Assembly: GCA_025558095.1 (NCBI GenBank)
Contig: JAIVFI010000005.1
Coordinates: 62,001 to 126,000 of the forward strand
Reading direction: 5' to 3'
Source of the DNA: Hyaloraphidium curvatum SAG 235-1
Taxonomy: Eukaryota; Fungi; Monoblepharomycota
Length of the DNA stretch: 64,000 nucleotides
Shown: one piece after another, positions 30,791 through 44,016 of the stretch
How the letters are laid out: each line of letters begins with the position of its first letter
Position numbering within the stretch: position 1 is the first letter of the stretch
The notes under the pieces: model-generated
Databases searched by the model: none
What the model was told of the DNA's origin: nothing
What the model saw: only the letters and a program-made list of their open reading frames with translations
Made by a program: the position numbers and the translations under genes

Positions 30791-32595
30791 TCAGCACTTC
30801 TTCATCAGGACCCTGCTCTCCTTCAGCCTTTCCCAAAGAGCCAACAGGAAGCAACACACGAAAAGGGCCCCGGCATACAGTTGCACCGGCCACCACTCAA
30901 CATGGATGACCTCGCCGGTCGCGGGATCCTTCTGGGTATTCGCGTCGGTGATTGCGCCCGCGATCGGGGATCCTAGAAGGAAGCCGGGCGCCCAAGCAAG
31001 GTTGAGCATCCCGAGGACGGTTGCCAGGGTCTGCGGGCCGAAGCGGTGCGCGGTCGCGATGGGCAGCATCACGATGTAGCCGCCAGAAAAGAAGCCTAAA
31101 CGGAAGGATCAGTGAGGAAACCTCTGAAAATGTGCGCGCTACACTCACCGTAAACGACGGCGAAGACGAATTGGAGCCCCAGATACGGTCCACTGAAGGG
31201 CCACAGCAGGAGGTTCGCAAGGGCAGGTAGCAGAAGCACTACACACATGGTGTTGAAGATTCCCAGGTAGTCGGAACCCAGGCCAATGAGGATCCGACCG
31301 ACGCCCGCCACCCCGTTCATGACCGCCGTCAGCAGCGCCCCGGTCTGCTTGGAGAAACCATTCTCGTACGCAAATGAAGGCATGAATGCGAAAGCGATGA
31401 AGTATGCGAAGGCAATGAGGGCGCCGATGAAGAAGAGTCGCAGGAAGGAGGCGTGGCGGATCACGTGCCCGTCGATGAACGGCCGGCCTTTCCGCATCTC
31501 GCGGAGCGCAGCAAGGCTCATTCCAGGGGGCAAGCGCATCAAGACCGCGCAGAGCATGAGCACACCCAGGGCGATGAGGCCCGTGATCCGCATGGCCCAT
31601 TGCTGGAAGCTGTCAGCATGGCAACGACTGTGCCAGCCACAAGATACTCACCCAGCCCATGTGATCCATGAGGTACTGCGCCAACGGCCCGAGCATCAGC
31701 CCGCCAAATCCGCCCCCGCTGGCCGCCAATCCGACCGCGAGCCCCCTCTTCTTCACGAACCACTTCGGGGTGGTCGCGGCGGCGGGGATCCACGAGAAGC
31801 TTGCGCCTGACCCGGCGACGAGTCCAAACGTGATGTAGAGCTGCCACAGCTGGTTGCAGAAGGAGGAGGCGACCAGGCCGCCGGACATGAGGAGGGCGCC
31901 GACGGCGCACACGGTCCGCGGGCCGAACTGGTCGCCCAACCGGCCGCTAATCGGGCCCAGAGCCATCTGAACCGCCGGTTCCTGCGACGCGCACCGATGT
32001 CAGACAACGACCTCGCCACCGACTAAAGAGCAAGAGAGACTCACCAGCGCGCCAACGAACGCGATTTGGAGGTTGGACGCGCCAGCGAAGTAGTTTTCAT
32101 AATAGAATTGACGTTGGTAGACGCCCCTGAATCGGCGAAGGAGACCGCGTGAGCTTCCAGCACTGAGCTCGGGCACCGGGCGACGAACCATGCCGACGGC
32201 AGCCCGACAACCATGAGCGTCGAGAGGAACACCGCAAAGACAATGACCCAGCCGTATCCTCCCTCCTTCGGCGGAATCTGCCCCTTCTCCGCCAAAATCA
32301 TGGTCTCCATGCCCGTGCCCTCGGGAAACTGGCCCGAAGAGATGAGTTCCTCCGCTAGGTTCCGTGCTTCTTCCTCGTCCACGGCGCCCGCCAACGAAAC
32401 CGGCTCCAGGAAGATGTCGTCCGTCTTTCCACGGGGTGAAGCGTTCGCCTGCACCGTGGTGTGGTCCGAGCTGGAGTCATCGCCGCGTTCTTCGCCGCCG
32501 GAAAGGTCCCGGGTACTCGGTGGCGGCGGGGGCACGGCCGGCGGCGCAGGCGCGGGGGCCGGCCCGTCCGTCGGGGCGGAGGGAGAGCTGTCCAT
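30791..32595 (-). CDS. MFS transporter, monocarboxylate porter (MCT/Mch) family
   Basis: PPKEGGYGWVIV, GRLGDQFGPR, WFVKKRGLAVGLAASGGGFGG, GRILIGLGSDYLG; several introns. Confidence 0.92.
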
Positions 32596-32810
32596 CGTGC
32601 CCGAGTACGGACGCTGCAACTGCACGAAATGGAGCAACAGGGGGGGGGAGTTGAGGTGCAAAGCCAATTTCCGCGCTGGACTCGTGCCTCGCCACCCGCG
32701 AGCGATCGGGGGGCAAATCACCATGACGCATTGCCAACCGAAAGCGCTTGAATAAAGCGTCTGGAGGCTCGTAACCCGCGTTGCAAGGAGACCGGGCTTC
32801 TAATACGTAG

Positions 32811-33711
32811 CTACACCTTCGCAGCGGGCTTGAAAGACCCCTCGATCTCGGCCTTCATTTTCTGGAAGGCCGCGTCCTCGTGCATCTTCTTGTACCTAAG
32901 CAGCGGCGGCCACGTGAGCGTGATGCCAAGGTTCCGCAGTCAGATACCCACCAGGCACCAAGCTTTGGCCGGCCGGCGAAGGCGTCGAACTTCTTCCGCT
33001 GCCAGAAGATCGTCGTCATCGGCAGGACTCCCCCGAGGCTCCAGTCGGCCAAGGTCATCTGGTTTCCCGTGACGTAGGGACCGACAATCATGCCCTCAAT
33101 GATGTCGAGGTACTTGGAAAGATCCGTGATGGCCTTGTCGACCTGTTCCTGGGGAACCTTGGGCGTCCAGAAGGTCTGGGGGACAGAGAGAGATCACGAC
33201 GGGCTTCCAGCGTCCTCTTCCATGACGCCCTACGTTGAAGAGAGGAGACATGTAGAGGTCGACGATCCGCGAGACTGTCGCGCTCTTGGCGGCCGTCACC
33301 GGGTCCTTGGGCGTGAAGCTGGGTCCCGGGAAGGCCTTGTCCAGGTACTCGGTGCAAATCTCCGACTCGATGATCACATCGCCGTTGTCCAGTACAAGGG
33401 TGGGGATCTTGCCGAGAGGATTAAGAGCCTTCACTTCCTTGCTGGAAGAGGAACGCGCGTTCAGAGCCGAATGTCGCCGACAGGGAGGCAAGGACGCGAC
33501 CTGTTGTTGACAATCTCGCAGGGGATTCCTTTAGCGTATAGCACGCCGCGAACACGGGAGCAGTAGGGAGACCTGACGCGTTCCGAAGGTTTGGAACAGA
33601 CGCGTTCAGGGAATAGGTGCCGAGCGCGCGGGCGAAGAAAGCAACACAAGGTTGGGATTCGCCCGTCATCGCCTTCGATGGGCCTCACATGTTGCTATTG
33701 AGGAGCTTCAT
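32811..33711 (-). CDS. Glutathione S-transferase (SPYC active site)
   Basis: Spliced MKLLNSNM|SPYCSRVRGVLYAKGI...LNPLGKIPTL...IIESEICTEYLD...GNQMTLAD. Confidence 0.85.
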
Positions 33712-33902
33712 GGTAGCGAACGAAGAGTAGGAGCGGGCGCTTGGAGTGCGGGGAAGGTAGTGTGGGGGACAGTCGCGGATCAGCGCGCGTTGACCGGCCC
33801 GAACTGCGCCCGCGGATCAACGGTGAACCCAATAAGATAGAATCGTGGCAGAGTGCATTACAGAATGAAATCATCGATATGATCATAAAGCAGAAGCCGC
33901 AG

Positions 33903-36484
33903 CTACACCGCGGAACTCGGGGCTACCAGGAATCCAAACACGTTCCCGCCTTTCCGCCTGAGGCTCGACCGATCCCGTGCCCTGCAGAGGCCGTCGTCGA
34001 TGATTCCTTTGATGTCGTCAACAAGCATTGGATTGAGTGCAAAATAAGCGTGTCTGATCACGTTGATGTTGGCTTCAAGGTGGGTATTGTCAATGACATC
34101 GCAGTCCAAGTACCGAGGCCTTCCCAAAGCGTCCCGACACAGAACAAGATGCGGACTCCGACCCAGCGTTGCCTCGCCTCCAAGCGTCTCGGCGGTCAGC
34201 AGAGCCCGATCGTTGCGATCCGCGTAGATTGTAATGCTCTTGCAAAAACGGTGGAGGGAGGGGAAGCGGTTGTAAACAAAGTCGTTGAGGACGATCTCCG
34301 GGTTAATGAGGCTGTCAATAAACAATCAGCGGAACAAGCACGAGAATTATTGACGGCTCGCTCACATCACGGAAACCAGCTCTGCCTTCGGGGCATCGGA
34401 TCTGACCTCCAAGTACCCGGTGCTGGAGTCGTCGCGCTCCTTGAACAGCCTGGAGAGCGCCCCGCCTCCGTGCCGGGCAAGGTTCGTCGTTACTCTCGTC
34501 CCCATAGAGTGCGCGATGATGTGAAAGCGGCGGTAGCCAGCACCGATCAAGGCCCGCAGAAACTCCTCGAGCTCGCGCTCCGTCTGCTCGCTTCCGCTTT
34601 CTTCCCGCGTCCGATTGAAGGAAAACACGGAGCCGCCCGGCCAGTCGAAGCACCACAAGGCATACTTGGTCGCGGGGAACGCGGCCAGGATGACGAACTG
34701 CGCCAGCTTAGCTGCCGAGTTGCCCAGGCTCTGCTTGAGCCCGTGGATGTAGATGATGGCGTCACGCCCGTCTCCTGCTCCCGGATCCGTCACCAGATGG
34801 CGGAGGCCCGTACGGAGAAAGGGGATGATAGTTTCCCGGAGATGCGTCTCGTGGGTTCCCGACGGCAGGGACGGCCGCAACCCGAGCGTGATAGAAGGGA
34901 GGTTGCGAAAGAAGCGTCCTGCTGCTGAGCACTCGATCATGGCGACTCTGTGACTGATTAGTCAAGGTCATCGACGCGCTGTGAAGCCACCAACCCCCAA
35001 GAGATGCCCTTTGGATCCCGCCAAGATCCGCTCTTCATGAACTTATCCCCGCATCCTGTAGCACCGCCAGTACCGACCCTTACGGCTTCAAAAGCGTTAA
35101 ATCGCGACCTTTCCTGGGAGATGTACGGTGCCACGGGGATTCCTCCTTCGAACCAGCCCTCCAGCATCTCCCCCTGCGGTGCGGAATCCGACACCTTCCC
35201 ATGGCCGGATGCCAATCCATCCGTAGATGTCTCGCCAGAGTAGCGGAACGTGTGCCTCTTGGACGCCACCGACAGCGGGAAGGGGAGGCGATACGAGCAC
35301 ATCCAGGTGGCAAAGGGCGTCGGCATCGGCCTGACGGAAAGAAAGACGCGGACGAAGCCAGGTCTGTTGGCATAGTGCTTGAGGAGGAAGGGAAATATGA
35401 GGTTCCGGAGCAGGTAGATCGTGATGGTGCAGATGGCGAGAGTCCCCGAAATGGCGACAAAGACGCTGATGCCGATGGACGCGGTCGAAATGTAGCCAGT
35501 CACGGCCGCGACGCAAGCATCGCTTTCCGCCTCGTCGCCGTTGCCCGCGTTTCCATCGTTGGCGCACACATTGTCTCCAATATAGAGCCGGCCGACCTTG
35601 ACCGCCGCGTCCAACCACATGATGAGGCAGCACACATAGCCCATCGAAATCCAAAACCAGGTCAGCTGCACCGCAGGAGGAAGCGTGAACCTGATGACGA
35701 AGAGGCCGGGCAGCAGAACGAGGCACATAAGGATCCAGGTCCAGATCTCGAGGTACAGGGCGCGGGAAAGCTCAAGGTCTGCGAAACGCTCCGCAAGGGT
35801 GAAGATGGCAAACAGGAGCGCAATCACGCCCAGGAGAAGCAGAAGGGGCAGGTTGGAAGCCGGTGCCTCGGCGTGACCGCTCTTGAGGCGCGTGATCCGG
35901 CGCAACTGCATGTGGGCAAGGAGCGGCGCCCATTGGAAATCATCTCTCCACGGGCTCCCCGGCGGCGGCGCAGATGGGTCAACGCTAACAGCCTCCAAGG
36001 GAACGGCGTCACTGGCGTAGAGCCCGTCGTGGGCTGCGAGCTCGATCGCAGCAGCTTCGGACGTCGGCATCGACACGAGCAGTTTGTCGTTCCCACAATC
36101 CCGAGGCAGCCCAATCTCGGGAGTCTCGTCGTCGTCGTCCGCCTCGTCGGCGGGGTCGACGAGAGTGTGCACCATGGCCTTGAACGTCCCCGTCAATGTC
36201 CCCCGGCCTTTGCCTCGCCCCGATGGCCGCGATTTCCGGAAAGGATCGGGGATACAGCTCAGCTGCTCGCCGGTCAAGGCGGCCGTGTCTTCCAGGGAAA
36301 ACGGCAAGAAAAGCTCGCTGTCCTCGAGTCCGCCCTCCAACGACGATGACATGGGTAGCGTCGCGCTGGAGCTGGCCATGTTCGCGGCATCCGGCTCTCC
36401 TCCCTGGGAGCGCGACAGCGAGATGGGAGGAACGTCCGTTGTCGGCGAACCTGCAGCATCGCCGGGTCCCGCAGACCCCGCCAT
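33903..36484 (-). CDS. Membrane protein with C-terminal DUF900-type alpha/beta hydrolase
   Basis: About 4 TM helices, degenerate MORN-like YSG..GHG..EGWF, then IYIHG, FDWPGG, HIIAHSMG nucleophile elbow, TIYADRNDRAL, RHAYF. Confidence 0.8.
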
Positions 36485-36650
36485 GACGCCGGATCGGTCA
36501 GGATCAAGCCCGAGGCTCCACAAAACGGTCCATCGCAGGCACGATTCGGAACGTGGCGCGCACGCCAAATGGTGCTTCGATCAGTGGTGGCGATGCGATC
36601 GAAGTGCGATCGACGCCAACCGAAAGACCGTCTCCCAGATCTCCGTCAAG

Positions 36651-37711
36651 ATGCCTTCCGGAGATACGGCCCCTGCTGGACCTGGAGCTGCTCGCGGAAC
36701 GCGCATGCTAAACCCGTCGACGGGAGTGGCGCGGGTCTGCCTCGTCACCGGCTCGGCGTCTCCCCGAGGGCTCGGGGCGGCAATGGCCGAAGCTTTCGCC
36801 CGCGAAGGCGGGAAGGTAATCATTTCCGATCTGGCAATGAAGGAGGTCGACGGGAAGAAGGCAGTCGAGTCCCTCAACGCGCGCTACGGAGCCGGAACGG
36901 CTATTTGGGTCGGGATGGACGTTACCAAGGAGGAGGACTGGCAGAGGGCGATCGCCGAGATCGATGCTGCAATGGGACCCCTGGATGTGTGCTGCAACAA
37001 GTGAGTTTCCGAAACGCCTGTTCTGCGAAGGGTGTTGGGCGAGGCTTCAATGGTTCTGTGGACTCACACAATGCTCTGCTATAGTGCTGGCATCGCGACG
37101 CAAGCCGACATGAGGAACGCCAAGCTCTCCGAGTTTGATATGGACGACTTCGACCGCATGATGGCCATCAACTTGAGAGGCGTCGTTCTCGGCACCAAGT
37201 ACGCCGCCAAATCGATGGCCAAGAACACGGCCGAGGAGTGGCGCTCGATCATCAACACGAGTTCCGTCGCGGGATTGACAGCAGGCGGTCTCCCCGCATA
37301 CTCGACGAGCAAGTGGAGCGTGCGGGGTTGGACCAAGAACGCCGCCGTCCTCGGGGCCTCCGAGAAGATAAGAGTAAATAGCGTTCACCCTGGTGCCATC
37401 AAGTCTGACATGACTCAGTGGGTTTTCTTCGCTGCCTAGTGATGCTGTCGTTGATGCGTCTCCGCGCAGGTCGCTCGACTGGCTCGACAGCGACTTCAAG
37501 CCGGCAGGGAACGGACAGGCCCTCGCCGCCCGGCACTCCCTGAACCGTTTCGGCGAGCCGTCTGAAGTTGCGAACGTGTGCCTGCTGCTGGCATCCCCGG
37601 AGGGAAGCTTCTTGACTGGGCAGGTGAGATCGATTATCTTCTCGGTCACCAGATCGAGTCCTAAACTCGGCTCAGGAATTTGTCGTCGACGGTGGCCTGC
37701 ACCGCTCGTGA
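36651..37711 (+). CDS. Classical short-chain dehydrogenase/reductase
   Basis: LVTGSASPRGLG, CCN|NAG, INTSSVAG, YSTSK, IRVNSVHPG, SFLTG|QEFVVDGG. Confidence 0.92.
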
Positions 37712-37886
37712 TAGACTGCATCTGTCTTTTCCTCTTCGTACCTCGATGGATGGTTAGATGGCCGATTCGTCGGGGCTCACGTCGGGGCTGGTGGGCAGAC
37801 CCGACAGGGACGCCTACGCCCTTTTGTCCACCAGTTCCCGGACGCCCGCCTAACCCGCGAATCACACGGCGCCCTTAAATCGGACA

Positions 37887-39783
37887 ATGGCGCCGGCTGC
37901 AGATCCCCCTGCGCCGGAGTCGGGCGCTCCCCGCGTCCCGCTCCACCCGCCGTTCGAGGAGATCGAGCCGCAAGCTTCCCGGCTACAGCGTCTGCGGAGA
38001 CTCTTCGAATCTATAGACACGGACAACGATGGGAGCCTCACGCGACAGGAGCTCCTTGTGCGATTCACGCAGATGGCCCAGGCGGGGGAGAACGCTTCGG
38101 ACTCGTCTCGGCTGGCGAACATGGGCGGCACCGCCGAGTCGCTGGCCGAGAGGCTGCTCGAGCAGTCCGACGAGGACGGCGATGGGCAGATCTCTCTGGA
38201 CGAGTTTGTTCATTTCATGACAAAGCAGGAGCGCCGCCTTTACGACCTGTTTTGCGAGCTGGACTCCAGCGGCGACGGCAACCTGAACCCGGACGAAATC
38301 CAGGCGGCCTGCCGGCGCCAGGGGCTTGAAGGGAACATGGAGATGATTGATCGCTTTGTGAAGCACTTGTCCACTGACGGGGACGCGAACATCTCGTTCC
38401 CGGAGTTTCGTGCCGCCTTCGAACTTAATCCGTCGGACGTGGAGTTCATGGGCCTGATCCACTACTATCAGAACATTTTCGAGCCTACGCAGGGCGCCGG
38501 AATGATTGTCATTCCTCAGAGCGCATCGGGAGGGGTCCTGAAGAAGTGGATCATGGCGTCGGCGATGTCGGGCATCATGTCGAGGACTGTCAACGCGCCC
38601 TTGGTGGGTAGTTCGCTGGAACAGGGCGTTTTGGATCCTAGTGCTGACCAGTGGTGTTCACCAGGAGCGGATTCGGATCTATTTGCAGCTCGGTGGCGGC
38701 GACAACGCCATCTCTGGACACCCGGGCAAGGTGTTCACGCGAGAAGGACGCGCACGCCTCGCGCAGATGTTCCGAGAGGCGGTATCCGCGATATCCAAGG
38801 ACGGGGGAGTGATTTCCGGTCTTTGGAGAGGAAACCTCGTTGCCTGCATGCGGATCGTACCCGAAAGCATGGCGAGGATGTGGGCCATCACCAACACCCG
38901 CGTGCTGATGGCTCGGATCGAGAAGCCGGCAGACGGCGTCACCATCTCGCACATCCCGGGCAAGTTCGCCGCCGGCGCAGCTGGAGCATTCTCGGCCACG
39001 GCCTTTGTCTATCCCTTCGACACTGTTCAGACGCGGATGATGGCTGTCATGGACCGCGAAAGAAACAGGCTGGACAGGGCTGCAGCCGAGGCGGCCGAGG
39101 CACAAACTGCTGCTGCGGCGACACATGCAGGCTCCTCTGCGTCGGGGGCTTCGGTCCAGCAGCCGAAGCCAGCCTTGGCGAGGGCCTATTCAACGGCGGC
39201 GGCTGTGCGGCCGAGGGAGCACATCATCATCGACACGGTCAAGGAAATGTGGGCCGACGGAGGTGTCCGTGCGTTCTACAGGGGTCTGCTGCCTACGCTC
39301 GTCGGCATCATTCCCTACGCAGGTTTGGTTCTCGCGGGCAGGCCACTTTCATGCGGCCTAACCGACTCTGTTTCCAGGGACGAACATTGCTACCTTCGAA
39401 TGGTTGAAGCTCCAGTACATCAACATGTTGCCCGCGGAACGCAACGGTCGGCCATCTCTCTGGGCCATCATGGGGCTTGGATGCCTGTCGGGTTCTGTGG
39501 CCGAGTTTGTCACATACCCGATCTCGGTCGTCAAGAGCAGGATGCAGACACAGGGCACCCAGTTCAACCCGGATCAGTACAAGAACACGCTCGACTGCAT
39601 CCGCACCATATATCGGACGCACGGCCCGCACGGCTTCTACCGCGGGATCTTCCCGACTCTGATGAAGGCCGCACCAGGTGGGCGGGATTTCGACGTCGTC
39701 CCCTTCTTGGCGCTTACCCAGTAAAAGGCGTCGGCGTGGGCTTTACGTGCTTCGAGTTGGCCAAGAGGGCACTCTCCCTCTGA
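37887..39783 (+). CDS. Ca2+-binding mitochondrial ATP-Mg/Pi carrier (SCaMC/Sal1 family)
   Basis: EF-hands (DTDNDGSLT, DEDGDGQIS, DSSGDGNLN); carrier repeats GLWRGN, YPFDTVQTRM, FYRGLLPTLVGIIPYAG, YPISVVKSRMQ. Confidence 0.93.
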
Positions 39784-39892
39784 TTTGAAACGCCACAAAG
39801 AACGACTTTGGTGGACTGATAGATGGGCATTGAAGCAGCGCGCAGCCCAGCTTTGTATGCAAGCGAAAAGAACACCTGAGTCTAAGCGCCCT

Positions 39893-40674
39893 TCACATCT
39901 TCGCCTTCTTTGCGTCGGCTTGGGCCTTGAGGAGCTTCTGCACGCCGGGCCGAGCCTGAACAGCCTGTTGATAGCGAGGTTAGCCTATCTCCCGAAGAAA
40001 TGGCCCCTTCAGCTCACCTTGTAGAGGCGAATCAGGTTAGGGTATGTCTTCTCATCGCCGCCGTGGGCTCCGTCCGCGAGCATTTGGTAAATCACGAAGT
40101 CCGCGATCGAGACGTCGTTGCCGAGCAGGTACGGCCCGCCGTGCTTGGAGACCAGCTTCTCGAACGCGGCCAGGGTGTTGGCGCGGTGGTTCTTCTCGTA
40201 CTCGGCGCGCTCCGGGGACTTGGGCACGCTGATGAGCCTCCGCCAATCCTGGCACGCGTCCAGGGCCTCGTCCACCAGCAGCGCCTTCTCGGGGTCGCTG
40301 GGGTAGTAGCTCCCGCCGGCAAGACGACCCAGGTACCGCATTGCGGCGTAGTGCTGCCCGATGACGCGCCCATCTTTGAGAGTAACAGTCGGCACGGTGC
40401 CGCCGATGTTGATTCCGGCCTCGGCCAGCCGCTTTTTTACGGCCGGGAACTCGCGCCCCGCGAAGAACTCCTCCTTGAAGTCGACGCCTGCATCGGAAAA
40501 GAGGAGCCGGACGTTCTGCCTGTTCAGAAAGGAGCGTTAGAATCGGGCCCTGCCCAACCGAGCTCGACGGCGTGGAACGCGGTCCAACGCGCCACGGCCG
40601 CCGGAAACCCACCCGCGCGAGATGGGAAGGTTCCAGTACAGGATTGTTGCTCCGTCGAGGACCTCCTTGCCCAT
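39893..40674 (-). CDS. Glutathione S-transferase, sigma-like
   Basis: ILYWNLPISRG|QNVRLLF..., GTVPTV, GQHYAAMRYLGR, YLLGNDVSIADF. Confidence 0.88.
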
Positions 40675-40821
40675 TTTGTCGGCGTTCGGGGGAGACAGTC
40701 GGACTGTTTGTCGGCGGCAAATCGCCCGGCCGGCGGCCGACTCCGAGTGCCTTCGATCAGTTTCGAAGTAGATCTCTCTTCTATCGATCCGGTCCATGTC
40801 TACAAGCGGATGGATCAGATC

Positions 40822-42871
40822 TCAAGGTCTGCCGGCCGCCAGCCACTGGAACACGCCCACGAGGCCGCCGATCAGCACCATCAGCGGCGAGGGGAGGCTC
40901 CACTTTGTCAGCAGCTGCGAAACAAAGGTCGCGGCGGCAAGGATCGTGTAGATGGGGAAGGCGAAGAGGGGCAGGTTCCTCTGTGAGCCGTCGCCGTTCA
41001 ACGGGGTGATCGCGCCGTTCATGAGCGAATCTGTAGCCACAAGGTGAGTTTCGAACTGACCGCAACGAGAGCAAGACGAGCACTACCCACACGTTGCAGC
41101 ATACACGAGGCCGACGGACGACGTGTTGAGACCCTCGAGGATGACCTTGACCTCGTTGTTGTCGCGGAACATGTTCCACATAGGGATGAGGGACGCCATG
41201 AGCAGCAAGGCAGGCCAAAACATCCCCACGGTCGCGAGCAAGGAGCCTGCGACAAGGGATGCCGTGGTGGCGCGCATGGCTAAAGCTCCGCAGAAGGCAC
41301 CGAAGTTGAAGCTGAGGTTGGGAGGAGGGAGGAATCGGTCGTCAACATCTCTCTAGAATCATGAACGACGTGCTTGCGACACCCACTCTGAACGAAAAGA
41401 GCAACAGGTCGTGCAAAGAACAAGGACCGTCAGAATCACTGTCGAGCCGCGGTGTTGCGAAACTCACTCGGTCCGGGCAGTGCGTTCTGCACTGCAAGCC
41501 CGACGAGGAACTCGGTCTGCGTTGCCCACCCCGGCCCGACCACGAAGCTCTCCAGCAGCGGGATCACGACGGGTCCGCCGCCGAAGATGATCGATCCCGT
41601 GACCCAGAAGGTGCTCATGACCGTGACGGCCCGGTCCACGTTCTGCAGGCCCCGAACGATGATCATGACGACCAGGAGGACGATCCAGATGGCGAGCAGG
41701 ATGAAGCCGGTTCGGATGCTGAACATCGCGTGGATGTAGCTTTCGGTGGTGCTCTTGTCCGGTCCCGCCTTTGACCCCGCTGCGGGCGACTTTGCGCCCC
41801 ACTTCTTGATCTCCCGGAGCGGCACCTCCTCCTTGGCCTTGGCATCGTATTTGGTCTTCTCCTTCTCCCGCACTTCCGCGCCGCGGAAGGGGCTCAACAC
41901 CGCCAGCTTCACGGCGCGGTACGCAGGGAGGAAGGTGGAATATCCGAAGGGCACGAGCAGCCTCTGCCAGACCCAGTGGATGAGGCCGCCGGCCACGATG
42001 AGGACGGGCGTCAGCCAGACGTTGTTGCTGCTCCAAAGAATGGTGCACGAGGCGGAAGCAAGGGACAGAATCTTGCTGCTCGCGGGAATCAGCAGCCAGC
42101 CTTCGAATATGCCGTGAGAACGCACCCAATGTCCGTCTTGCACAATCCCTGCCCGAGCCGCAGCGCCGCGAGCGCAACAAGCCCGATCGCCGAGCTCACG
42201 AGCCCGTTCTCCAGGTAGATCAGCCACCGGGGCGTCTCGGCGACGCTCGCGATGGCCCAGGCCAACACGGTCATGACTATGTACCCGGGTACAGTCCACA
42301 GCAGCCACGCCCAGCATGCGGGCAAGATACCGTCGCGAATGAAGGCCAGGGCAAATGCCAGCTGCGTCGAGGCCGGCCCGGGCAGGGCCTGGGCGATCCC
42401 GAAGAGCTCCCCGTACTGCGCGTCGCCGATCCAGTGCTTCTTCTTGACAAAGAGGTCGTGCATGAGGGCGACGTGCGCCGAGGGTCCGCCGAATGTCACG
42501 TATCCGAGGGGGAGAAACTCGAACGTGATCTCCTTCAAGCGGTCCAAAAGGGTCCTCTCGCGCAGTTTCCGGTGCACATCGTCGTCAAAGTCCACCTCGC
42601 CGCCCTCGTCTTTGCCGTCCGGGGTGGAAGCCGCGGCGCCGCCCTCCTTGGCATCCACGACAACGGCCGCGGTCCCGGCGGGCAGAGCGCTGCCATTCAG
42701 CCCGTTTGCAGCGTGGGCGTCGGCGTCGTTCGGATCCGCGGCAGAGAGCGCCGACGCGGTGCCGGAAAGGGCGTCCGCCGACGCGCTGGCCGGGACGGCG
42801 TCGGGATCCCCCCAGCTCGCCGACGTCGGCTCCACCTCGACGGTGACCTCGTTTCCAGTCGGGCCGCTCAT
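40822..42871 (-). CDS. chrA: Chromate ion transporter (CHR/ChrA, long-chain bidomain)
   Basis: LGYVTFGGPSAHVA, AQALPGPASTQ; second domain GSIIFGGGPVVIPLL, NALPGP|FNF. Confidence 0.93.
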
Positions 42872-43065
42872 CGCGAAGTTTTGCGGAAGCCGGAGCGGGG
42901 AGCGAGGTCGCCGTTGCGCAGAGATTTGTGTCCTCGCGTCGGCTGTTGCCCCGGCAACAGCGGCACGTGGACAGCTGCGCCGAGGTCTAGCCCGTGGAGC
43001 CGGAAGCCCGACCAGTTCCGCGACCAAGATGATTGAAAAGGATCGGAAGAGGCGAGCATCAAGGT

Positions 43066-43770
43066 CTACTCCTCGTATGTGCTCACAATGTCGTTCTCCC
43101 GCTGCAACGTCAGCTTGACAGGACACCGCTCGCTGATTTCGAATAGCCTCTTCCTCATTTCATCCGTCAAGCCCGAACCCGTAAAGGAAATGTGCTTCTC
43201 GATACGATCCAGCTTCACCCCGCTGCCTGATTGCTCGTCGGTCGAGGTGCAGGTCTCGCAATCGTCGCCTGCGGCCGATCGGGGGGCCGTTTCGTGAGAC
43301 AGGGCACCGTCGACGAAGCAAAGAGCGTCACGCACGGTGTATCTTGTAGATCTTGAGCCTCGTTTCTACCGATTCCAGGGGTATCCGTTTGCGCGCGGCA
43401 AACATGGCGACCGTGATGCAGGTACAAGACCCGAGGGCCGCAAGAAGCAGGTCGTACGGGTTCGGCCCGAGGCTATTGAGCTCCGATGAGCCCATTCGTT
43501 TTGGAATTGACGCCACGGTCCTCACTCTTTCCCTCCCAGCGACTCTGGCTCGTCCCCGACGAGCGAGTGCTTCTCCCGCACGACGATTTCCGTCGTGTAC
43601 GGCTTCTCCGGGTCGATTTTGAGCCTCGTAACGGTGCTGAAAGGCGCGTTCGGACCGTCGGCTCGGCGGGCGGCCGTGGAGAAGAAGGTTCGACGCGCCG
43701 CCGTCGACCGTCTCCCGGCCGATGCCAAGCTCCGGGGCAGCCGGACGTGCCCGGTCGCGGTCCTGATCAT
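43066..43770 (-). CDS. OsmC/Ohr-family (YhfA-like) protein with putative mitochondrial presequence
   Basis: Arg/Ser/Ala-rich N-terminus; DEPESLGG..GPNPYDLLLAALGSCT; ERCPVKLTL; 2 introns. Confidence 0.9.
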
Positions 43771-44016
43771 TTCGAATCGAGTTCCGACGCGTGAAGAGAC
43801 GCGTTCCCGTCGCCAAAGACGTAGGCAAGCTGTTCGCGTTTGACAGGAAGCTGCCCCCGACCGTCCCGCAGGCCCCGCGACCAAATGCTTGTGACACTCT
43901 CCTTCATTGCAGAGCTAGTCCCCAACAATCACTACGAGAACACGCAAACACTGTACAACTCTGCCAAAACACGCTCCGCACCTTCCGCGAGAACACCAAT
44001 CGCAACGGACATCGAT

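Noticed and set aside
43066-43770. Possible selenoprotein (some early-diverging fungi use Sec) among the redox genes
   Set aside because: The active-site Cys codons I checked in OsmC and the SPYC GST are TGT/TGC; no in-frame TGA or convincing SECIS seen.
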